Source of the DNA: Anthoceros angustus
Taxonomy: Eukaryota; Plantae; Anthocerotophyta
Assembly: GCA_010909165.1 (NCBI GenBank)
Contig: MU008150.1
Span: 124,001 to 188,000, forward strand
Reading direction: 5' to 3'
DNA: 64,000 nucleotides
Positions 1-10,569 of this stretch are shown piece by piece. Each line of letters begins with the position of its first letter. Position 1 is the first letter of the stretch. The notes below the pieces were generated by a model that was given only the letters and a program-made list of their open reading frames with translations, was not told where the DNA came from and made no database searches. A program made the translations under genes and the position numbers.

Positions 1-2351
1 AGTCCAAAAGCAAGGGGATAAGAAGGGGAGCGTGCTCGAGCTTTTCCAGGTTTGCATTCAGCGTCAATCTTCCGTTCGAAATAGCACTAGTTGCGATGTC
101 GACTTACTTTCATTACCTTCCTCGTGAGATAACACCGATTGCGATATCAACTGACTGCTGTTTTGTCTCTGTTGTCTGATGCAGCTCTTGGGGTCACTAG
201 TTCGCCGATGGTAAGCGAGATGTCCTAGGCCGACAGTTGTGTTCGAGCCAGTGACAACATATACTGTTGCGTTACGCGGAATTGCATCCTAGGTTATCTA
301 GTAGGTAGGTTCCAAAGCTTCATTGGACACGTAGTTCATGAAGTGATGAATCTTCGCCAAACTTTACTTTTGAGAGCACGGAAGGAGAGAAAGTTGAGAA
401 CTCAACTCATGAGGATGCACGGACAAGTCGAAAAAAGCCCAAAAGGACACGACAATCGGCAGATCAGTGGTCCATCACCAAGACAGTTTCCAATATGGCC
501 AACTCGAAGAGTTAACACATCGTATACAGAGCAATGAAAAGAACACCCTACGAAGCTCACACAACCTGTTCTGTCCAAACCGCCATTTACTCGGAAATCT
601 TGCTCCCAAAAGCTCAGTCCAAACCTGCCAATACCATATCCTCCCTCCACAATTAGTGTTTCGAAGTCCTGTCTGGAAGGTCCTATACAAGACGACACTC
701 CTATTATTTACATGAGCCAGTAGCCCGCCGCTGACCCCAACATCCTGCAGGAAGAAAAATGCAAAACACGATCACCAGCCCTATCAAGTCTTGCCAGATG
801 ACAGCTCCTGGTTACAGCCACCATAAGTATTGCACACCGTCGTAGCTTCAAAAGTACGTAACAGCTCCAATGCTCTAGACAGAAATTCACATCCTCAATC
901 TGCTGTAAGATTCTTGTCAACAACCTGACAGAACCTCCGCAGATACATATTCCTCCTGTGTTTGCATGAGAACTCCTTCACTGGGTTTTTTCTTGCACCT
1001 GTTCAAACTCCACCTGAAGCACGCTCTACAACACATTAGTCCTACAGTACCACAACATGACACCCTTGCTGCAAGTGGCAGCATGCACTTCAACAAAAAA
1101 ATTCAAGAACCACACCTCGAGGGACGACTGTACTTTCGTGTGGACTCCTATCTGGGGCAGACTTTTCTCCTGCAAGCGGTCATGATTGCACACAATCTCA
1201 CAACAGAGAGGGCAACCATTAGCTGCTCAGAAGTTAGGACCCATGCGAACCAGCCCAACCAGGAATGATTGGAAAATGGTCAGAGTCCTCAGATCTACAG
1301 GGAAGCCTTCAGCCTTGAATTTACTCTCAGTGGAAAGGAGAGAAAGCAGCGATCCACCATCCTCATTCACGAACCCCAAAAGCTGGATGCAAGAACCACA
1401 AACTCTGTGGCACACTGGCAACACCAATTCCTCGAGGGAGCAGATCTTGAGGCATCACTCAGCCAATATAACCAGAAGGCCAGCCAAGAGGAGCTTGCAA
1501 TTCGTGCTCCTGCAGCCAACAAGCATAATCCTCCCTGAGCCGTAGTGGCTCAGGCCACCCCTCCAATCAGCTGATGCAAACGACTTGGGCAGACCACCCA
1601 CAGGTCCTTGAACAGGTTCACAATAATAATACCCCACTCCCAATCCACGTGAATACTGTTGGAACAGTCAGAGTGCTGCAATTCATGACAGGTGATAAAA
1701 AGGCTACCCATCACAAGCTAGACACTCCACTCCCAGGGAGACAGAACTATATACAATCTACAGACCTAAGTAATACGCTCCCACTATCTGAGAATGGGCA
1801 TACCTAGTTCAAAGCCTGAGGAACCAATACCTGGCGGCACATACTACAAAATGTTTTGACTTCATACTACTCTAATCAGAGAGGGACAGAGACTAGTACT
1901 GAATCAAGGAAGGGCGTCTGCTGGGATAGTAGAACATCCCTGTCATCTGAGGGCAAGTATCCATGACATCAAGACAAGTTCAGGTGATTAGATGTTTGTT
2001 TGTTTACTATGTTCATTATGTTTCTCATTTTTTTTCCTTTTTATTCTTTCACCTTTTTTAGTTTTTGCATATGTTTTCCGCTGAACCCACAAATCCATGG
2101 CTTGTTACGTGCCCCTGAAAGCAACATATATGTCTTGGTTTGTTGGCATGCCATATTCTTCAGCAACATACTCTTACCCGTTGCGCAGGCATGTTCTAGA
2201 TGCCTGGGTTCAGTCGGAGGGGCAGGACTGCCAGTGAAACCGTAGCCTATAAAGTTGGCTTCACGGTTTGTTTGAGATAAGCTCCAGGTCTTGCTACTTG
2301 ATGTCGTCTGTAACACAACAAGCGAGGGCCGATGAAGATGGCCTCCAAATT

Positions 2352-4196
2352 TCATGCACAAATATAGTTAGGTATTTGAATCCCTGTATCCATGCTGGAT
2401 CGCCCAACACTGCCATTCTTCTTAGCTGGCTTACTTTCTAGGTCTTCTGTTGCTCTCTTCAAACCCCGTTCACCTTTCAGAGCTTCCCCCTCCCTCCCAC
2501 CTTCATCCGCTTTAGAGCTGCCATAATTCTCAAGTTCAGGAGAACCTTCCCCGTTGTTCACCCTGGCACCTACTTCACCTTCATGAGTACCATCGTCCCC
2601 ATAATCTTCACCCTGCCTCCCACATTTGGCATTACGATCACTACCAACACCTTCACCTGGCCTTTTCTTTGCTCCACCCTTGGACCTGTCAGGAGGCGTT
2701 GATCCAGTCTGTCCTGGCAACCTTCTTGGAGGGCGAGCTGGACGAACTCCCCCTGGAAAGACATAGTCAGGAAGTTGCCTCCGCTGCACATGAGACACAG
2801 AGATATCCATTCCATGCCTTCTCATCGCATACAAGTTAACTGCAAACTTGAACTCGTCCACAGTTGTCGAAATGTCAAAACGCTGGCCTTCCTGTGGAAC
2901 ACTCTGTTTCCGCCGGAGGCCCATAAAGAAGGATGAATGCCTCCCTCTCTTCGATTCATCCACAAACGTACAGGGATGAGGATGACACTGAAGCTCTCCA
3001 TACGTGTACCTCTCAATTTTCAGGGTAAGCTGCCTCAACCGAGACTCAACCCACCCTTTCCACGGCCGAAGATCATCTGCATGCTCTGCCAGTATGTCAA
3101 TCTGCAGGTAGTTCCTGTAAGCATCAAAGAAAGGGTAGGGCTCGAACAGCTTTCTCCAGTCCGCTCTCGTCACCTCCAGGGCCTCACAAACATCATTGCC
3201 ACGCTGGAATTCTTCAGTCATCACACGTAAGGTACTTGTTGAAACAGAATAACTAGAATTCATGCAAGGGTAGGCAGGAGTAATTATGGGCATCAGGTGA
3301 GTTCTGTCCATCGCGTTCTTCCGTGGATCCCATACGGGAAGACCTAGAGTGCCCTCCTCAATAGAACAAAGCATGACCGGATTCGGCCATCTCCACTGGG
3401 TGAAAACGCGGAAAAACCGAGAAACTAACATACTAGGCACAGCATAGGGATAAAGCTGGCAGATACGGGCCACAAGCAGCGCCCAGTTGACCCCTCCCAG
3501 AAACCCCATCACATTAGAGTAGACACCACGCCGCCTCGCCCACAACTTCATGCAGCGGAGGGTTGTTCGGAAATTAGGGATATTTGGAACCAATCTCAGA
3601 ATTTGATCTGTCACCCTACATCCATTGAGACTCCTCACGCTCTGCTCGTCAACATTTCTCAGAATAGATTCTTGAGATATGTCAAGGTCCTCGGAAACGA
3701 CCCAGTGATTCAGCCTAGCATACAGGAGATCGATAGAAATGTTGTTGAACTTGAACTTCATGACAGGTACGTGGGCGTCGGGAACAGGATGGAGCTCAGT
3801 CACTTCATGCATCTCAGCTAACATGTCATGCAAGTGACCAAAAAAATCCTCTTCACGGGTGGCAAAGCGAGGGCCCACACAGAGGGTGTCGATATCATCC
3901 CGAGGCCCATGTACTCCAAGCCGGTATGAACCAAAGGTGAAAATCCTTGCGTTGGCAGACTGCACCATCTCCTCATTGTAACCCTTATCCCTGCTAATAT
4001 TCTTCACCCAAAGCTTAACGGTTTGATCCAGATGCCCCAACACCTCCTCCCTCCGAACCGCCTCCTCTTGGCTCTCGTACAGTCCAGCGGATGCCAAGTA
4101 GCCTTCCAGCTCCTTCGTCCTGATAAGATCCTGCTCCGAGGGACCGGCAGTGGAGATGGGCTCGGTGACCCCCAGATACGGCACGACATTCTGCAT
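2352..4196 (-). CDS. PAPS: Canonical nuclear poly(A) polymerase, single uninterrupted ORF (~614 aa from ATG 4196)
   Basis: Translation has [32 protein letters not shown] (catalytic DxD), [18 protein letters not shown] (third Asp), [28 protein letters not shown] and [10 protein letters not shown]. The ORF track starts at a GTG (4217); the first ATG is at 4196. Confidence 0.96.
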   Translation of the reverse strand: [614 protein letters not shown]

Positions 4197-5440
4197 CCTG
4201 ACAGCGCTCCACGGCACACCTGGACAAGCTCACAACTGCTAAGGATAGAACACGGTAAGAAGGACAACACCGGAACCAAGGGCACCTCAACTCACGCCCA
4301 CCATAGCAGCCCTCCCAACACATGCACACACCACGGCATGGAGTAACACACACGAATATGCCACAAACATCCATGAACAGACAGCCAAAAAGCAGACGGG
4401 CAACAGGCCGAGCTCCGCACCTTGCAGAACCCTGGCGGCGCAGTCAAAAAGCACCTGAAAGTAGAGGCGGTGGCGGGCGGAACTCGCGCACCTGCCACCA
4501 CGCCGGAATGCAACTCCTCCACTCCCCGAGAGCTGAGCAGCGGTCGCGAGAGCCTTCCTGACCTAAACCCAACGCGTGAGACACCAAGCGAGAACCGGGC
4601 AGGCAGGCAAAGCGAGCTTCAATCCAAGAGTTCCCAGAAGCCGCCTCCACCAGCCGTGGCGAAGTGAAGGCAGGCCTTCGCCTCGCCTCGCCTGGCTAAG
4701 CGGAGGCCCTGCCTGTCACGACGCCGGGGAGCAGCAACCACCTTCCTGGAGCGGGGGTACAGCAGGCAGTGACACCGTCAACGGCACAGCATGCAGGGGC
4801 GGCCGATCGAGAGCCTGGAAGGAGGGGACGAGGCAGGGAGGCGCCTGGGCATCGCCGTGAGCGAAGGCGGGAAGGCACATGCAGCCACCATGCAGGCAGG
4901 CGGCATGTAGCAAAGCCCCAGGACCGAGAAGAGGCAACACAACAGAGCACAAGCGAGGGAGAGGAGACAGTGCAGCCGGGCAGAAGCGGAGACAATGCGC
5001 CTGCGCCCGGGCCCAGTCAGCCACAACCCTAATGAGATTTTGGCTCTGATTCCCGATTTATGTACAGACCCACCCACAAACAGACAGCCAGAAATGGAGA
5101 CGGCCAAATCTCATACATGTGTAGTATCACCTACACATCATTTACCTCTAGAATACCGATCTCTGTTTTATAGTGAGACAGCTCGCCCTACCTACAAGTC
5201 CGCATCAATTACCACCATATATAGGATGTTTTTAAACCGGTCGAGAATTTGAACATTTTTTTAAGGGCTTCGAGAGAAGAAGAGAAGAATTATATTACAG
5301 CCACAAGAGTGTTACATTATGGTGATAGCATTCAATAGAGGGAACCATTGAAGTTATATAGCCAGCTATATGTCTAGGTTTCATCTTGAAGTCGCGTGTA
5401 CCTACTATGAAAAGAAAAGGCCTGCACTTTGTCGCTAACA

Positions 5441-5592
5441 CGTCATACTCATGAACAGAAGAAGGTGAAAAGGCCTTCATAGGTACTCTCGCGTCATATT
5501 CATGGACAAGAGAAGATGGAAAGGTGTGCATAGGTACTCTCACGTCATATTCATAGACAAGAGAAGGTGGAAAGGCTTGCATAGGTACTCTC
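5441..5592. repeat. Tandem repeat, 3 x 51 bp
   Basis: Units begin cgtcata at 5441, 5492 and 5543; each ends cataggtactctc. Confidence 0.85.
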
Positions 5593-7638
5593 GCCAACAC
5601 CTCCTACGATATCATAATGGAGACGATGGGAAACCCTTCATTCTGTTTGGCATTTAATGTTGGGCTGTTTGGTTTAAGCTGTCGATGAGGTTACTTGCAA
5701 CCGTTTGTTGTTGTTCTAGACATTACCTCTTTCTAAGTAGGGGTTCATAATAGTTTATATAGTAGAAAGATAATTGTTCTTGTTTTACTATTTTTTTCTA
5801 CTTAGAAAGAGGTTTTGATTTTCTAACTCGATTTTGAAGAATTGAGTTTGTTGTTTATGTCCAAGTATATGCTTGTATTTAGGAAGCTATTTCAAGAGTG
5901 CCCAAATGTTAACTCGGCACAAAGAAATTGAAAAAACAAAGTCTATATGAACCACATTTAATAAGAACCTACACGAATGTAGCAGGTTTAGTAGATACCT
6001 TCACGAATGAGAGGTGATTTAGCCCATCTCCAATTTCTGATTGTCTCTTAGAGCGATTCCAAATCAGAGAGAAAGCGAAAAATTTAAGGTTCCAGAATGA
6101 CTGGGCCCAACTCTAAGCGCACATAGAGACAAGTGGTAGTTTTTTTGTTGATCATTTTGTCTACCAATATACGGTAATGAACGACACATCATCTTGGTGC
6201 GGATGCCAATTTAGATGATCTTAACTGAGGTGGACTATTAGTTCATGTGGGCCAGGTGCCATCTCTAGCTAAAGCGCTCAGGGACAATCGCGAGTGGTTT
6301 GGATGTGTAGGGAGCAGGGAGGGAAGACAGAACACATGGGAAGGGTTCTAGAACATGGCAAACTTGACTTACTCTATCATTAACTTATCCACTATATGGA
6401 GAATTTTTTCTAGATGACTTGGAATTTTAACAACCAATGTGTATCACTTCAAAAACTTTTGAAAAGCTACTACCACATCCTTATCAGAGACACATATCAG
6501 ACATGGCACCGCTACTTGCATAAAGGCTCCGTCTTCATATCCGTTATGACTTGATGAAGAACATGAGACATATAATTGCGTGGGAAGAATTTCCATCATC
6601 AGAATCACTCCAATTAAAACCCTATAAAGTTGTCTGCATATCAATTTCATAAATATCCGTTGCTTGTAATCCACAGTTCAACTCAAGTATGAAAAGTGCA
6701 CCAAGATGTTGATAGTAAAATTGTCGAAAGTTCATGTAAGGACCATATTCCTGAGAGTTCCTCAGCTGCTCATCAAGAAAAGGTTCTCATAGCTTTACAA
6801 ATTTCTTGCATTTTAGGTTGAGAGCAAACTTCATAGTGCACAGGGTAGTTGATGCTAGTGAGTAGCAAGGGGATGAGTTTGGGTTTGCTCACAACTTGTT
6901 GAGGTATGTGTGAAGATACACAACTACGGACACAATAAAAATCCTGTCGAATGGACATAAAGAGAGTGCTCGACCCCCGATTCCGAGGAGGAGGAGGAAG
7001 AACAGCAAGAGCAGAAGCATGAACATGTCAGCGCAGGCTCTAGCTTGAATTAAAAAAAAATGAAGCTTTGCTCACTACCCACTTGGTCAAGCATTTTAAG
7101 TTTCTTTTCTTTCGATTTTCATTCAATAAAATTCATTATGACCTATTCTTCTTTGTACTATGATTTTTTTTGCTTCTCGCATCCTACTCCTTTTACAAAT
7201 GGCATCGGTACATAGCAGACAAGAAAGATAGAAATGGGCTAACGTGAGCGAACAAGGGGTTGTAACCCTAACCATTTTGAATTTTATGATTTTAAAATTA
7301 GTTATAAATAATATTATAAGAAAAATAAAGATGTGATATATCTTTCAAGAGAACTTTTTAAGTTGGATATATTTATTAACTGAATAAATAAAATTATTTA
7401 TTATTTTATAATAAAAATAAATCTCAAATATTAATTTAGATAGTTTAATTGATTATAATTCTTATATTTATTAAATAAATAAATAAATTTCTACCTCCAT
7501 TAAATAAGAGAAGGAGGGTTCATAATCTGATCTGCTATAAGAGTAAGATTATAAAACTTTTAATAATGATTTATATTATCAAACTTTTAATTCTAGTTAG
7601 CAGACGTAGGTAAATAATAGGTAACGAGGGGATAAGAT

Positions 7639-7665
7639 TATGGAATACCGATCTCGTCACACGGG
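7639..7665 (+). repeat. Left terminal inverted repeat (27 bp)
   Basis: Perfect reverse complement of 24902-24928. Confidence 0.95.
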
Positions 7666-8679
7666 CCCTTTAGGGTTTTTTTCCATTGTGACCAAAGAAG
7701 TTTTCCGGCATCTGGTGAAAACTCACAGTACGCAACCCGACATCGTGGTTCGCCTTAATGTCGTGTTTGTAAGGAATCTTTTACGGTTGTGTGACACACA
7801 ATGTTTTCGTTTTAAAATTTGTGAGGGCATGGGCCATCGGACATCCTTCGCATGACCCCATCCGTCGGTTTGCCGTCGATTTGCCATCGCCGTCACGAGG
7901 GCTTGATGGGAGATAGCGTGGAGGAGGGCACAAGGGCTGTATGCTGCGAGGCGGGCATCTGGCCACTGATAGCGTCTGGGCGCCATATGCGCCTCGCGCG
8001 GCTATCAGACCATCCGGCGTCGTCGCACTGAGGGCCAGCCATACGGGCCTCGCGGTGGCGCACACCATCTTCCGAGAACCGGCCTTTACATTGCACCACA
8101 ACAAAGCTTTGGGCTCAACTCTCAAAACGCGAACAAACAAATCCAAATTGTCACCGCTCTCATGGTGGCGCACAAAATGTCATCAGGGTCATGGTGGCGC
8201 ACAATCAATTTTCTCCGGCCACCTAGCTCACTCCGGAAGAAAAATCTGGGCCACGCCCCTCACACCTCGTGCACCATAGGCCAGGCGGGGTGATGGCCGT
8301 CACGCCCAGGGGTGGCTTGACCTCATCCAGTGGAGGTGGGTATTCGCAATCGTCCCACGTGCTCCTGCACTCCTGCAGTGTTGTTAGTGCCATGTGCTGG
8401 ATACATGTCAGGAGGAAGTCCTGCAATCCTTTGCATATGCATTGTCCTCGCCATCTGCGGTTCTGCACAACCCGCAATGATGGCCCATACGAGTTCCCGT
8501 GCACACACAAATGGCGATCGCCCTCCCTCCCTCCACAATCTTGTAACCTCTGAGACAAAATGAATGGCGAGACTGCGATTTGCTCACCGCTCGGCAATTC
8601 TATGCGGGTGGTGGCATCTCGGGGCCACGTTTTTGTGCATCTTGAGGCCACCCACATCGAACTCCTCGCCATCGTCCTC

Positions 8680-9850
8680 CTCAGCCCCATATGCGGGTGC
8701 CTGCACCCACCCTTGTAGTCGACCTTCTTCTTGGAATGCGATTGCAGGCACATGGCCGGAATGTCACATCGGCTGCCACGATCTTCCGCACCCGGTGCCT
8801 ATTCCATACCTGCCTCCAACGCTCGAGCTCTGCCCTCATCGTGGGCATGAAGGTCACGTGCAGGGAATGGATGTGCCAGGGGTTGGTGATGTCCAGTTCG
8901 CTGCTCCTCACCATATCCATCATGTACCCCTTGTAGAGGAATGCCCACTTCTCTCCCAAGGACCGCCAGAAATGCTCAATCCTCTGCAACAATCCGCATT
9001 CAACGCTTCCACCGGTGTCACTGCGGAAAGCAGAGACCTCCTAACTTTTACAGTTGTGCACGGAGGGGCGGATGAAGTTGCTTCCATGTGCCCTTGGCCT
9101 CGCTCGGTTCATATCCTCTATTAGGTTGTGCTGCTGCGTGGTCCGTGGCCAGCTGCGGATGCCCAAACTTCCTCCTTTGCTTCCACATAGGCGTTGAAAA
9201 TCGTCGTTCCCGCTTGTTATCCTCCGGCACCAACGGGGCGTAATGGGTTGCCCCATCTATGGCCCGTGCACTCAAGTAGAATTGGTACATCTTGTCATAA
9301 AAGGCTGCGGCAACCAGGCACCCGTCGGTGATTGCGGTCACAACTCTGCAATCACTTCTTCCTGCCGCGAACTGCGAACATCGCAGATGACCCCCCCCTC
9401 CTCTACAATCCATATGCCACATGTACATGGGTGTCGCATTGGTGTCTTGGGCCAGCAGCGGATGCGCCTTGTCGGCCGTCGTGCCATGTGCTCCGGGCAT
9501 CAAGCCGCCTCCGTCACCACCTCCTTGGGATTTCGATTCCATCCGATTGCACTCTGCCGCAGAATCGTATTCCGGCGTTCAGCCGTCTTTGATGGGTGTG
9601 TGCGTGGCAATCGTGCACACCTCCTCCACGGACAACCTCCCATACACCCGCGCCATGCCGTGTGCCGATCACGAGCCTCGTCACCGTGCTCAAGCTGCAG
9701 CCTAGCTCCGTCGGTAGGCCTTTCAATGGTCTCCACTGCAAGTGTTGCTGCCGCCAAATCATAGTTTGCGGTGTAAGTAGCGCGCGCACCGCCGCGTCTC
9801 CTGCATCCTTCATCTCCACCTTCCGGCCCTCATCCCCACGGCTCCTCACG
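8680..9850 (-). pseudogene. IS3EU-type DDE transposase (integrase core), frameshifted, probably with introns
   Basis: Motifs in order across shifting frames: NAGIRFCGRVQSDGIEIPRR; PMYMWHMD..FYDKMYQF..AIDG (first Asp); KFGHPQLATDH (second Asp); PSVHN|QRIEHFWRSL (Glu); ELDITNPWHIHSLHVTFMP..ELERWRQVWNRHRVR. These fit the WHxDGxDKL / SVHNQRIERLW / WNxHxIR consensus. The 5' boundary is uncertain (may extend to ~10330). Confidence 0.85.
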
Positions 9851-10569
9851 GTACCTCAAGTTTTCCGTCCGCATGATGATGGGCTTCGCCGCGACCTCGA
9901 TGCGGCCGTCTTTGGCGCGCCCACCATCTTCCTCGTCGTCGCGCTGGAAGGCCGCGCGCCCGCGTCCATGGGCACCCTTCACTGCCGTTTTGCCCCACGT
10001 GATGGCCAAGGTGGAACTTGGTGGCCTCAACACCCTCAGACCTCGCGCCCTACTCCGATGAGCGCTTTTCCTTGCCCATGCGCCTTCCTCCCGGTTCAAA
10101 CCCCAAATGCACCTCTCGCAGTAGGGCGATTTGATCCTCCTAACACTTTCCGCCCGAGTAATGGCATGTCAGCCAAGGGTTTCGACAGGACGGCTCGATC
10201 ATTGTTAGCGTATGCCCACTCCGATTTTTGTTCCAGCGGTCCGCGATTCAAGCGCTTGCGGGAGGGGTTTCCACCTGCATCTGCAGGTAGGCACTGCTGC
10301 AAGTTCTGGTGCGCCCCGCTAGTCACGGTTTAATTTTCGTTTCCGCATTTCATTCATTGTTTGAAGTGCGACCACAAGTGCACTCCACCAACACTTCCAA
10401 ACCGGTACGCACCAAACATTGTCCGTATGTGAACAATCTAGAATGGGCGCTTCACGTGCGAGCAACACACTTGCGTCCACCCATTTTACGGCGGGCCATC
10501 GACAATTACCGATGGCCTCTCTATCTTCACTCTTGTGCTTCCCATAAACCCGGCAAATAGCGAGAACCC

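Noticed and set aside
1-2300. Short ORFs downstream of the PAP gene
   Set aside because: No recognisable domain or consistent exon chain that I can support.
5441-5592. CRISPR-like array (also considered for 36533-36716 and 13690-14100)
   Set aside because: Whole units repeat with no unique spacers; eukaryotic context; no cas genes.
6400-6960. Possible TE or gene remnant on the minus strand
   Set aside because: No identifiable motif.
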